64,000 nucleotides of DNA. It comes from an uncultured Planctomycetota bacterium. GTDB lineage: Bacteria; Planctomycetota; Phycisphaerae; Tepidisphaerales; Tepidisphaeraceae. Below, piece by piece: positions 1 through 10,208 of the stretch (the stretch's first letter is position 1; every line of letters begins with the position of its first letter). Both the position numbers and the translations under genes were made by a program. The notes beneath the pieces are model-generated. The model searched no databases and was not told the origin of the DNA. It was given only the letters and a program-made list of their open reading frames with translations. Location: assembly GCA_963841915.1 (NCBI GenBank), contig CAWJEN010000006.1:128001-192000 (forward strand), given 5' to 3'.

Positions 1-468
1 CGACGGCTGCGTCTTGAGCCGAGCCAGGACGGCATCCGTCGGACCTCGCGGCGTCACTTCGGCCTTCGGCTCAGGCACCAGCTCGGCAAAGGCGTCAGCA
101 GGTTCCGACAGACGAGCAGCCTTCGGCTCGGCGGCAACCACCGGCAACGGTCTGATGTCGCTGACGACCGTCAAAGACGCATCGCGCTGAGGCGGAAGAT
201 CCGTCACCGAGACCGGCGTCGGGTCGATCTCGCTCGGCACGTCGGCAGAAGGGGTGGCCTCGAATTGCTGCCGCAACTGCTCAATGCGTTGGTTCAACGC
301 TGCCATCTGCGGATCATCAACGTCGCCATTCGTCGGCAGGGTCGGCTGGTCCGTCTGCGACAGAGACGTCGCAGGCTGAGGCGGAACAGTGGCCGGCGGC
401 GCGGCACAACCAACTACCACGATGGGCAGACTGTGACAAACGAGAGTAAAGAGGCGGCGTGGCGTCAT
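1..468 (-). CDS. Putative lipoprotein, 3' end outside the window
   Basis: Not in the ORF track because it has no stop in the window. Hand translation from ATG at 468 (GGAG RBS just upstream) gives MTPRRLFTLVCHSLPIVVVGCAAPP..., open to position 1. Basic N-terminus, hydrophobic stretch, VVG-C lipobox, then a Pro-rich linker. Confidence 0.65.
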   Translation of the reverse strand, partial: MTPRRLFTLVCHSLPIVVVGCAAPPATVPPQPATSLSQTDQPTLPTNGDVDDPQMAALNQRIEQLRQQFEATPSADVPSEIDPTPVSVTDLPPQRDASLTVVSDIRPLPVVAAEPKAARLSEPADAFAELVPEPKAEVTPRGPTDAVLARLKTQPS

Positions 469-715
469 GGCTCCTTCCGTGGAGGCCGGTGGCGGCGAAC
501 AATAGAAGCGTGGCGAAAGTCGGCTGCACGTTAGCAGAACGGTTCGTCCGCTGCACGCCACAGCTCGGCGAACCTGACTTTTCAGTAGCAGTGGGAGGAA
601 CGTCCCTTCGATGCCAGACGCATCTGACGCTACAACAGTGTCTAGCCGGCGCAGGACGCCCGGCCGCCTCGTCTGAAAACGAGCACCCGCACCACGCATC
701 TACGGAGACCTTCTG

Positions 716-3700
716 TTGCAAACTCGCTTCGCAGGTGGAGCCTCAGGCCCCGACGTTCACCCGGTCAATCGGACCGACGCCCCCCGCCGCAACCCGCTGA
801 GCCGGCTCGCAGCCGTCCTGCGCCCCGAGCGTGACGACAACACCGGCTTTCAGGATCTCGACGACCAGCCGTTGCGCGGCGACTTGTACAGCGGTGACCA
901 GCTCGCCCAGCACGCCCGCACGCTTGCCGGGTGGCACGAGACCGAAGAAGAAGAGACGTTCGGCCCGCAGTTGCTGCTCGATCGGCTTCGTGGGAACAGG
1001 CGGGTGTTAGAGGACGCGTACGAGCAGGTGGTCGACGCCGCCGAGCGCGGCCGCCGCGTCGCCCCGGCGGCCGAGTGGCTCGTCGACAACTTCTACCTCA
1101 TCGAGCAACAGCTTCGCCTGGCCGCGCACCACTTGCCCCGTGGGTACGCAACCGAGCTGCCGCGCCTTAAGAGTGGACCCAATGCGGGCAAGCCGCGGGT
1201 GTACGACCTGGCGATGGAGCTCATTACGCACGTCGACGGTCAGGTCGACAAGGCTTCGCTGAGCAGGTTCGTTGAAAGCTATCAGTCTGCAGCTGCGCTG
1301 AGGCAAGGCGAGCTGTGGGCGGTGCCGATCATGCTGCGAATCAGCTTGATCGAGAACCTGCGACGCGTTGCCGCCCGCGTGGCCGAAGGCCAGCGAGACC
1401 AGGACGCGGCCGAGCACTGGGCCGAGCGAATTCTGACCGCTGCCAAGCGAGATCCCAAGAGCGTGGTGAGCGTGCTGTCTGACATGTACGCGTCGATGGT
1501 GCCGCCGACATCTCCGGGTCAGGAGCGTCGGCCGCTCCGCTTGTCGAGCGGGTTTGTCAGCGAGTTCGCCCGCCGTCTGCGTGGGCAAGGACCCAGCACC
1601 GCGTCCTCGCTCGAATGGCTCGGGCAGGCGCTGGCCGATCAGGGTGCGGGCATCGACCAGATGGCCCAGCTTGAAAGCCAGCGACAAGCAACCGATCAGG
1701 TGTCGATCGGCAACTCCATCGGGTCGCTCCGCTTTGTCGAGAGCCACGACTGGTCGGAGTGGGTCGAGGCACAAAGTCAGGTCGAGGCTGCGCTGCGGAC
1801 GGACCCGGCGGAGGTCTACGAGGGACAAACGTTCTTGACACGTGACAGCTACCGTCACGTTGTCGAACGGCTTGCCAAGCACGGCCCGTACTCCGAACGC
1901 CAAGTGGCAGAGCTCGCCGTCGGCCTCGCCCGCGAGGGCGGCACGCCCGGTCCCCGCGAGGCGGCCGACGCCGACGTCAAGCGTCACATCGGACACTACC
2001 TCATCGGGGAGGCCCGCCCGAAACTCGATCGGGTCGCAGGCACCCGCTCGACGTTTGGCAGTACGCTTCGCGCCGTCTGGCGTGCGGCACCGCTGGAGTG
2101 GTTCCTCGGCACGGCCACACTTCTGGCGCTGGTCGGAACGCTTGCCGTTTCGATGTGGTCGGCGTCGCACGGCATGCCCTGGTGGGCGATCATCGCGATG
2201 ATCCTGCCGATATTCATCGCTGCGTCACAGCCGGCGGTGGCGTTTGTCAACTGGCTTGTCACGAAGCTCGCAGCGCCCAAGGCGTTGCCGCGGATGCGGT
2301 TCGAGGACGGCATTCCCGCCTCGTGCCGCACCGTCGTCGTCGTACCGACAATGTTGTCTTCACCCGCTGCGGTGGACGATGTCGTCGCCGGGCTCGAGGT
2401 GCGTCACCTGGCCAACCCGGACCAGCACCTGCACTTTTGCCTGCTGAGCGATCTGCCCGATGCCGACGAGGAGGTCCTCGATGGCGATGAAGAACTCATC
2501 GCTCGCGCGGCAGAGCAGATCAAGCAGCTCAACGAGCAGTACGGTGCCGGTGAAGGCGAAAAGTTCATGCTCCTTCACCGCCCGCGGAAGTGGAACGAGA
2601 GCGAGGGTGCGTGGATGGGCTGGGAGCGCAAGCGGGGCAAACTCGCGGAGTTCAACGCCCTGCTCCGCCCCGCCGGTCGCGACGGCGACAAGGCGATTCG
2701 GCAGTTCTCGCACACGGTCTGCAAGCGCGACGTCCTCTTCGACGTCGAGTACGTCATTGCCCTTGACGGTGACACCGAGCTGCCACGCGACACTGCACGG
2801 CAGCTCGTAGCGACCATCGATCACCCGCTCAATCGTCCTATCTACGACCCGGTCGTCGGTCGCGTGACAAGCGGCTACGGCATTCTGCAGCCACGCGTCG
2901 GCGTCGACCTGCCCAGCGCATCGGCCAGCCTGTTCAGCCGCGTGATGAGCGGCGAGCCCGGCGTCGATCCCTATACAAATGCCGTCAGCGATGTCTACCA
3001 AGACGCCTTCGGCGAAGGCAGCTTCATCGGGAAGGGCATCTACCACCCGGCCACGTTCGAGAAGGCGTGCGCGGACAACTTCCCCGAAAACGCGATCCTG
3101 TCGCACGACCTCATCGAGTCGGCCTTTGCGCGGAGCGGTCTGGTGACCGACGTCGTGCTCTACGAGGACCACCCCAGCAGCTACGCAGCCGACGTGGCGC
3201 GTCGCACGCGTTGGGTTCGAGGTGACTGGCAGCTCATCGCTTATCTGTTGCCATGGCTCAGGCGTGAAGGGGGCTGGATCAAGAACCCAACGAGCGGCTT
3301 GTCCCGTTGGAAGCTGCTCGACAACCTGCGGCGCAGCCTCGTACCGATTGCCGTGCTGGCGGTGCTAATCATTGCCTTCATCGCCGAACCGTCGGCGGCG
3401 TGGGCTTGGGCACTACTCTCAGTCGGTTACTTCTTCGGGCCACTCATCTTAAAGCTTAGCTTTGACGCGTTCGCTGCGCTTTTCGGTGCGGGTGACGAAG
3501 AGCGGCCCGCCAAGCTACGCGTCGGCGACGTTTGGCAGTCGAGCCGTGTCGGCTTTGCCAGATCAGCGATGTCGCTGGCACTGCTGCCGTACGAGGCCTT
3601 CGTCCACACGGTCGCAATCGTCAAGACGCTGTACCGCCTGTGGTTCAGCCGTCGGCACTTGCTCGAGTGGACGACCGCCGCCGAGGCAGAACGAAAGGCC

Positions 3701-6700
3701 CGGCTCGATCACGCCAGCTTCTGGGAAGCCATGTGGCCGGCGTGGATGGTCGCGGTTGGCGTCATCGCTTGGTTGATCGGGTCAGATCATTACGAAGCCA
3801 CAATTGTGGCCACGCTAACGCTCGCCCTGTGGTGGGCGGTGAGTCCGACACTCGCGTTTGTGATGAGTCGCCCGATCAAGCGAAAGGCGCCGCGGGAGAT
3901 GCTTGTCGATCGAGACAGGCGGTTCCTGCGCAAAGTCGGTAGGCGGACGTGGTCGTTCTTCGACCGCTACGTCGCCGCTGCGGACAATTATCTGCCGCCG
4001 GACAATGTCCAGGAGTTGCCCAACGAGCGAATCGCTCCGCGGACGAGCCCGACCAACATCGGCCTGGCACTGCTCAGCAATGTCGCCGCACACGACTTCG
4101 GCTATATCACGCTCGGCCAGCTGCTCGATCGCACGCAACGAACGCTCAACGCAACGGGCCGGCTCGAACGGCACGAAACCGGCCACCTGTTCAACTGGTA
4201 CGACACGCGTCGCCTCGAACCTCTCACGCCGCGTTACGTGTCCAGCGTCGACAGTGGCAACTTTGTGGCCAGTGTGCGTGTGCTGGAACTCGCCCTCGAC
4301 GGCCTGGTCGACGAACCCGTCATCGGGCCACAGGCGTGGCCGGGTGTTGCCGATGTTGTCCGCTTGCTGCTCGACACCTGTCGCGACCGTGAGCAGACGA
4401 GACTTGAAGAGGACGACGAGCCACAGCTGCCGCCGTCGCGCGTGTTCAAGTTGCCACCCGACCTGGAGCGTCGGCTCGAGCGGATCGCCAGCGACTGCGA
4501 TGCCGGCGGTCCGTCCAAGCTGGGCGGTGCCAAGATGTTCCTGCAGACGATGAGCATCGTGGCCAACGAGGCCGTCGCCGCGACACGAGATGCGCCGGCC
4601 GAGGCGAGCCGTTGGGCACAGGAGCTGCAGCGTCAGGTATCCCGATTTGCCGACGAGTTGCACCACCTGTGCCCGTGGGTCGATCTCGTCGGCCCAAGTC
4701 GCCCATATGCCGGCGGTGACGGCAGCAGTCGCGGCCGGTTGGCCGTCATCGAAAAAGCGCTGCTCCAGCTCGATAACTATCCGTCGCTGCGTGACGTGGC
4801 GAAGCTGGCGGACGAAGTGGTCCCCGCCGCACGCGCGCTCGTCGAAGAAGTCGACACGGCGACGATCCGTCCGCACGCGGACCTGCCGTACTTCCAGCGG
4901 CTGGCCCGCATTCTCGGCGATGCCTCCGACCGTGCGGCCAGTCGTGTCGAGACGATCAAGCAGCTCAAGTCGAGCTGTCTCCCGCTACGCCAGGCCGACT
5001 GGTCGCTGTTGTACGACCGCAGCCGAAACCTGTTGCACATCGGCTACGACGCCAGCGAACGTCGTAAGGACGCGGGTTACTACGACCTGCTCGCCAGCGA
5101 GATGCGACTGGCCAGCTTCGCCCTTGTTGCCGACGGCACGCTGCCGCAGGAACACTGGTTTGCCCTGGGCCGCCAGACAACGCGGGTCGGCCGGCACGAG
5201 GCGTTGCTGTCCTGGTCCGGCAGCATGTTCGAGTACCTCATGCCGCTCCTGGTCATGCCGACCTACAGCGGCACCTTGCTTGACGAGACCTACACCGGTG
5301 TCGTCGACCGACAGATCGAGTACGCCCGCAGCAACGGCATCAACGCAGGCGTGCCATGGGGTGTCAGTGAAAGCGGATATTCCACGACCGACGCCGAGTT
5401 GACCTACCAGTACCGCCCGTTCGGCGTGCCAGGGCTTGGCTTCAAGCGCGGCCTCGGAGAAGACCTCGTCATCGCGCCGTACGCGAGCATGATGGCTGCG
5501 ATGGTGAATCCACCGGCGGCGGCGAAGAACCTGCGCCGCCTCCGCGACGAGGGCAAGATGGGCCGCTTCGGTTTCTACGAGGCCATCGACTACACGCCGG
5601 CCCGCATCAAACGCGACCGCAAAGAGGCGATCGTCCGGCAGTGGATGGCCCACCACCAGGCGATGGGCTTTCTCGGCTTTGCCAACCTGCTGCTCGACGG
5701 CCCGATGCAGAAACGGATGGCCGCCTCCGCCGACTTCAAGAGCGGCGAGCTCATGCTGCACGAACGGGTGCCGCGGGGTGCCCATGTCTTCCCGCACACC
5801 GGCGAGCACGCCGGCAGTCGCCGTGCCGAGCAACAGGCCGTCGGCATCCTGCGCACCTTCAACAAGCCCGACCAGCCCACGCCCGAAGTCCACCTGCTCG
5901 GTAACGGCCGGCTGGCGACGATGGTCTCGACCGCCGGTGGTGGATACACCCGCTGGGACGACGGCGACGGCAAAACCCTTGCCGTCACCCGCTGGAACGA
6001 AGACGCCGTCCGCGACTGCTGGGGCACATTTGTCTACCTGCGCGACCTCGACACCGGCACGTTCTGGAGCAACGCCTACCAGCCGACGCTCCGTGAGCCG
6101 CAGCAGTACGAAGCCATCTTCAGCCAGGCACGTGCCGAATACCGACGCGTCGACCGTCTGCCGACCATCGGCCGCGACGGTAAAGAAGATGACGCCAGCA
6201 GCGGCCCGTCGCAGTCACCCGGTGACGACATCGAAACGTACACGCAAATCAGCGTCAGTCCGGAAGACGACGTCGAAGTCCGCCGCGTCGTCATCACTAA
6301 TCGTGGGCGAAAGACCCGCACAATTGAGTTGACCAGCTACGCCGAGCCGGTGCTGGCCGACCCGCGTGCCGACGCTGCGCACCCGGCGTTCCAGAACCTG
6401 TTCGTGCAGACACGACTTGTCCGCGGCAGGCAGGCAATCCTCGCCAAGCGTCGCGCTCGCGGTGAAGGCGAGCGAACGCCCTACGCCGTTCACCTCGTCA
6501 CGCTTCACGGCACTGAGGTCGGCGACGCGCAGTACGAAACTGATCGCGGCGCATTTGTCGGTCGCGGTCGGTCGCTCGTCGATCCGGCGGCGATGCACAA
6601 CGAACGACTCGCCGACACCAACGGCAGCGTGCTCGATCCGATCGTCAGCGTCCGCCGCGTCGTCAAGATCGGCCCCGGAGAACGGGCCCGCTTCGACGTC

Positions 6701-9700
6701 GTCACCGGCATCGCAGACGGCAGCGAAGCCGCTCACGCGCTCATCGAAAAGTACCACGACCGCCGCCTTTGCGACCGTGTCAGCGAGCTTGCCTGGACCC
6801 ACAGCCAGGTCGTGCTCCGTCAGCTCGGCATCGACGAAGCCGACGCCCAGGCATACGGCCGCCTCGCCGGGAGCGTGATCTACGCGACGCCTCAACGTCG
6901 CGCCGACGCCAGCGTCATCGCCCGCAACCTCGACCTTAATCGCAAGCAAAGCAACCTCTGGGCGTACGGCATCAGCGGCGACCTGCCGGTCGTGCTCGTC
7001 CGCGTCGGTGACCACTCGAAGGTCGCCATCGTCGAAGAGGCCGTACGCGCCCACGCCTACTGGCGTCGCAAGGGCTTGCAGTGTGACCTTGTCGTCTGGA
7101 ACGAAGACACCAGTGGCTACCGCGCCGAGGTCAACGATGCAATCATGGCCGCCGTCAGTCGTGCCGGTTCTGCCGACCTGCTCGACCGACCGGGTGGCAT
7201 ATTCGTCCGACGTGGCGAGCAATTCCCCGACGAAGACAAGGTGCTGATCCAGACGATCGCACGCATCACGCTCGTCGACTCGGGTGGCCGGCTCATCGAT
7301 CAGATCGAACGGCGTATGAGCGTCAGGCCGCTCGGTGTTTCGAAGCTCGTGTCGAACCAAGGCGGCCGCAATACGTCGAGCGGCAAGCTGCTGCCGTCTC
7401 GCGAGATCGTCACCGCAGACGAAATCGTCGGGCGACGTGGCGACCTGCTGTTCAACAATGGCTCAGGCGGCTTCACGCCCGACGGTAAAGAATACGTCGT
7501 CGTCCACGACGCCGCACACCCGACGCCCGCGCCATGGTCCAATGTCATGGCCAACCCAACGTTCGGCACGATCGTGACCGAGTCCGGTGGTGGCTACACG
7601 TGGCGCACCAACGCACGAGAGTTCCGCCTTACGCCCTTCTACAACGATCCGGTCGGCGACACGAGTGGCGAGGCGCTGTACCTCCGCGACGAAGAATCGG
7701 GCCGCTTCTGGTCACCCATGGGCGCACCGGCCCGGGGCAACGACCCCGTCACCACGCGGCATGGCTTCGGCTACTCGATCTTCGAGACCAGTGAGCAAGC
7801 ACTTCGCACGGAGACAGCCGTCTACGTCCACCGCGATGAGCCGACGAAGTTCGTCGCCGTCAAGGTGCACAACACGAGCGACCGCCGTCGCAAGGCGTCG
7901 CTTTGGTACTACGCAGAGTGGGTGCTGACCGATCAACGCGCAGCAGGTGCCATGCACGTCGTCACGTCGCTGGACCCGAAGTCGGGTGCGGTCCTGGCTC
8001 GCAACCCATACAACAGCGACTTCGGCAGCTCGACAGCGTTCCTGCAGTGCAGCGAAAGCCGTCGCAGCGTGACCGGTGACCGCCTCGAGTTCCTCGGGCG
8101 CAACCATGGCCCGAGCAACCCTGCAGCACTCGGCCGCGAGAAGCTCAGCGGTAAGGTCGGTGCGGGACTCGATCCCTGTGCCGCCATGTGCGTGCCGGTC
8201 GACCTCGGCCCCGGCGAAGAAAAAGAAGTCGTCTTTACTATCGGCGCCGGTGACAACGAGCAACACGCCATCGCCATGGCCAACCGCTTTTCGGCAGTAC
8301 CGGAAACCAAGCGTGCGCTGGAAGACAACTGGGAGTTCTGGAGCCGAACCCTCGGCAGCCTCTACATCGACACGCCCGATCCGGCCGTCAACGTCCTCGC
8401 CAACGGCTGGCTCGAGTACCAAGCCCTCTCCTGCCGCTACTGGGGCCGAAGCGGCTACTACCAGTCAGGCGGTGCCTACGGCTTCCGCGACCAGTTGCAG
8501 GACGTCGCCGCATTGCTCTGGTGCACGCCACACCTCATCCGCGAGCAACTGCTTCGCGCTGCCGCCCACCAGTTCGTCGAGGGCGACGTCCTCCACTGGT
8601 GGCACCCGCCCGTCGGCCGTGGCGTCCGCACGCACTTCAGCGACGACTACATGTGGCTGCCGCTCATCTGCGCCCGCTACGTCAAAGCCACCGGCGACAC
8701 CGGCGTCCTCGAAGAACGCGCACCGCTCCTGACGGGTGAAGCCGTCCCGCTCGATCAAGAAAGCGTTTACAAAGAATGGGCCAACGCCGCCGAAGACGAT
8801 GACCTGTACGGGCACTGCAAACGCTCCATCCTGAACGGCATCGACAACCGCGGCTACGGCCAGCATGGTCTGCCCCTCATGGGTTGCGGTGACTGGAACG
8901 ACGGCATGAACCTCATCGGTGAGCACCACAAGGGCGAAAGCGTCTGGCTCGGCTGGTTCTTCATCGAAACCCTTCTCGACTTCGCCCCGCTCGCCGACGC
9001 TCGCGGCGACGCAGACTTTGCCAAGCGCTGCCGCGACGAGGCCGAAACCCTCCGCGCCAACGTCGAACGCGAAGCCTGGGACGGCGACTGGTACCGCCGC
9101 GCCTACTTCGACAACGGCGAACCGCTCGGCAGCTCGACCAATCCCGAGTGTCAGATCGACTCGCTGCCGCAGTCGTGGGCCGTGCTCTGCGGAAAGGGTA
9201 ATCCCGACCGCGCCGCACAAGGCATGAAGGCTGTCGAGGACCGCCTCGTCCGTCGCGACAAGGGCCTCATCCAGCTCTTCGATCCGCCCTTCGACGACAG
9301 CCATCTCGAGCCCGGATACATCAAGGGCTACGTCCCCGGCGTCCGCGAAAACGGCGGCCAATACACCCACGCCGCCGTCTGGACCGTCATGGCCTACGCC
9401 AAGCTCGGCGACGCCCGGCGGGCGTGGGAGCTGTTCGACCTCATCAACCCGGTGAACCACGCCGTCGACCACGACAGCGTTCAGAAGTACCGCGTCGAGC
9501 CCTACGTCGCCGCCGCAGACGTCTACGGCGTCAGCCCCCACGTCGGCCGCGGCGGCTGGACCTGGTACACCGGATCCGCCGGCTGGATGTTCCGCCTTAT
9601 CGTCGAATCCCTCCTCGGCATCACCCTGAAGTACGAGGAAGGCGAAAATGGGGGAGAGCACAGGCTCTACCTCGCCCCGCTCCTGCCCGAGGGCTGGGAC

Positions 9701-9883
9701 AACTTCGGCTTCACCTACCGCCACAAGGACACCCACCACAACTTCCGCATCACCCGCCCCAGCCCGGCGAGCACCCCACCCGCCATCGCTTCCATCACCA
9801 TCGACGGCAAGCCGGCAAAGACCGACTTCATCCGCCTCCTCGACGACGCCGAACGCCACGAGATCGTCGTCACCCTCGAGTAG
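716..9883 (+). CDS. ndvB: Cyclic beta-1,2-glucan synthase (NdvB/ChvB/Cgs type; GT84 synthase, central glucoamylase-like domain, C-terminal GH94-like domain)
   Basis: 3055 aa; TTG start with GGAG RBS. Motifs: EWLVDNFYLI, GELWAVPIMLR, WMGWERKRGKL, GILQPRV, LSHDLIE, RWVRGDWQ, YDLLASE, LLSWSGSMFEY, PWGVSES, YQSGGAYGFRDQLQD, GDWNDGMN, ENGGQYTHAA. Confidence 0.93.
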   Translation: MQTRFAGGASGPDVHPVNRTDAPRRNPLSRLAAVLRPERDDNTGFQDLDDQPLRGDLYSGDQLAQHARTLAGWHETEEEETFGPQLLLDRLRGNRRVLEDAYEQVVDAAERGRRVAPAAEWLVDNFYLIEQQLRLAAHHLPRGYATELPRLKSGPNAGKPRVYDLAMELITHVDGQVDKASLSRFVESYQSAAALRQGELWAVPIMLRISLIENLRRVAARVAEGQRDQDAAEHWAERILTAAKRDPKSVVSVLSDMYASMVPPTSPGQERRPLRLSSGFVSEFARRLRGQGPSTASSLEWLGQALADQGAGIDQMAQLESQRQATDQVSIGNSIGSLRFVESHDWSEWVEAQSQVEAALRTDPAEVYEGQTFLTRDSYRHVVERLAKHGPYSERQVAELAVGLAREGGTPGPREAADADVKRHIGHYLIGEARPKLDRVAGTRSTFGSTLRAVWRAAPLEWFLGTATLLALVGTLAVSMWSASHGMPWWAIIAMILPIFIAASQPAVAFVNWLVTKLAAPKALPRMRFEDGIPASCRTVVVVPTMLSSPAAVDDVVAGLEVRHLANPDQHLHFCLLSDLPDADEEVLDGDEELIARAAEQIKQLNEQYGAGEGEKFMLLHRPRKWNESEGAWMGWERKRGKLAEFNALLRPAGRDGDKAIRQFSHTVCKRDVLFDVEYVIALDGDTELPRDTARQLVATIDHPLNRPIYDPVVGRVTSGYGILQPRVGVDLPSASASLFSRVMSGEPGVDPYTNAVSDVYQDAFGEGSFIGKGIYHPATFEKACADNFPENAILSHDLIESAFARSGLVTDVVLYEDHPSSYAADVARRTRWVRGDWQLIAYLLPWLRREGGWIKNPTSGLSRWKLLDNLRRSLVPIAVLAVLIIAFIAEPSAAWAWALLSVGYFFGPLILKLSFDAFAALFGAGDEERPAKLRVGDVWQSSRVGFARSAMSLALLPYEAFVHTVAIVKTLYRLWFSRRHLLEWTTAAEAERKARLDHASFWEAMWPAWMVAVGVIAWLIGSDHYEATIVATLTLALWWAVSPTLAFVMSRPIKRKAPREMLVDRDRRFLRKVGRRTWSFFDRYVAAADNYLPPDNVQELPNERIAPRTSPTNIGLALLSNVAAHDFGYITLGQLLDRTQRTLNATGRLERHETGHLFNWYDTRRLEPLTPRYVSSVDSGNFVASVRVLELALDGLVDEPVIGPQAWPGVADVVRLLLDTCRDREQTRLEEDDEPQLPPSRVFKLPPDLERRLERIASDCDAGGPSKLGGAKMFLQTMSIVANEAVAATRDAPAEASRWAQELQRQVSRFADELHHLCPWVDLVGPSRPYAGGDGSSRGRLAVIEKALLQLDNYPSLRDVAKLADEVVPAARALVEEVDTATIRPHADLPYFQRLARILGDASDRAASRVETIKQLKSSCLPLRQADWSLLYDRSRNLLHIGYDASERRKDAGYYDLLASEMRLASFALVADGTLPQEHWFALGRQTTRVGRHEALLSWSGSMFEYLMPLLVMPTYSGTLLDETYTGVVDRQIEYARSNGINAGVPWGVSESGYSTTDAELTYQYRPFGVPGLGFKRGLGEDLVIAPYASMMAAMVNPPAAAKNLRRLRDEGKMGRFGFYEAIDYTPARIKRDRKEAIVRQWMAHHQAMGFLGFANLLLDGPMQKRMAASADFKSGELMLHERVPRGAHVFPHTGEHAGSRRAEQQAVGILRTFNKPDQPTPEVHLLGNGRLATMVSTAGGGYTRWDDGDGKTLAVTRWNEDAVRDCWGTFVYLRDLDTGTFWSNAYQPTLREPQQYEAIFSQARAEYRRVDRLPTIGRDGKEDDASSGPSQSPGDDIETYTQISVSPEDDVEVRRVVITNRGRKTRTIELTSYAEPVLADPRADAAHPAFQNLFVQTRLVRGRQAILAKRRARGEGERTPYAVHLVTLHGTEVGDAQYETDRGAFVGRGRSLVDPAAMHNERLADTNGSVLDPIVSVRRVVKIGPGERARFDVVTGIADGSEAAHALIEKYHDRRLCDRVSELAWTHSQVVLRQLGIDEADAQAYGRLAGSVIYATPQRRADASVIARNLDLNRKQSNLWAYGISGDLPVVLVRVGDHSKVAIVEEAVRAHAYWRRKGLQCDLVVWNEDTSGYRAEVNDAIMAAVSRAGSADLLDRPGGIFVRRGEQFPDEDKVLIQTIARITLVDSGGRLIDQIERRMSVRPLGVSKLVSNQGGRNTSSGKLLPSREIVTADEIVGRRGDLLFNNGSGGFTPDGKEYVVVHDAAHPTPAPWSNVMANPTFGTIVTESGGGYTWRTNAREFRLTPFYNDPVGDTSGEALYLRDEESGRFWSPMGAPARGNDPVTTRHGFGYSIFETSEQALRTETAVYVHRDEPTKFVAVKVHNTSDRRRKASLWYYAEWVLTDQRAAGAMHVVTSLDPKSGAVLARNPYNSDFGSSTAFLQCSESRRSVTGDRLEFLGRNHGPSNPAALGREKLSGKVGAGLDPCAAMCVPVDLGPGEEKEVVFTIGAGDNEQHAIAMANRFSAVPETKRALEDNWEFWSRTLGSLYIDTPDPAVNVLANGWLEYQALSCRYWGRSGYYQSGGAYGFRDQLQDVAALLWCTPHLIREQLLRAAAHQFVEGDVLHWWHPPVGRGVRTHFSDDYMWLPLICARYVKATGDTGVLEERAPLLTGEAVPLDQESVYKEWANAAEDDDLYGHCKRSILNGIDNRGYGQHGLPLMGCGDWNDGMNLIGEHHKGESVWLGWFFIETLLDFAPLADARGDADFAKRCRDEAETLRANVEREAWDGDWYRRAYFDNGEPLGSSTNPECQIDSLPQSWAVLCGKGNPDRAAQGMKAVEDRLVRRDKGLIQLFDPPFDDSHLEPGYIKGYVPGVRENGGQYTHAAVWTVMAYAKLGDARRAWELFDLINPVNHAVDHDSVQKYRVEPYVAAADVYGVSPHVGRGGWTWYTGSAGWMFRLIVESLLGITLKYEEGENGGEHRLYLAPLLPEGWDNFGFTYRHKDTHHNFRITRPSPASTPPAIASITIDGKPAKTDFIRLLDDAERHEIVVTLE

Positions 9884-9965
9884 CACGGCCAGCTCAGGCA
9901 ACGCCCCCAACAGGCGTGCAGTCGGGCGCTCACAGGCGGAGCAGAACGTGCGTGTGGAGCGGAAA

Positions 9966-10160
9966 ATGCGGTCAGGCGACACGTCCGCCGGCATCAAGCA
10001 AGCTGACGAGGCGGCGGTGCCGGACGACGAGCAAGAGGGCAACCCCCTCCGCGCCTTCTTCGTCGTCGCCCCGGACGGGTTGTGCTTCTCCTTCCACGAG
10101 CCCGCACCGGCGTGGAGGCTCCCGCCGACGCCACGCCCGTCGACCGGATCGACCTCGTGA
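9966..10160 (+). pseudogene. Probable C-terminal remnant of a VOC/glyoxalase-family gene
   Basis: 10023-10103 reads DDEQEGNPLRAFFVVAPDGLCFSFHEP, resembling the final strand pair of VOC proteins (F.V..PDG...F.EP). No N-terminal half is present. Confidence 0.4.
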
Positions 10161-10208
10161 CGTAGGCCGAGACGGAACGTCCTAGGCAGTTGTCACTAGA
10201 ATGTCGCC

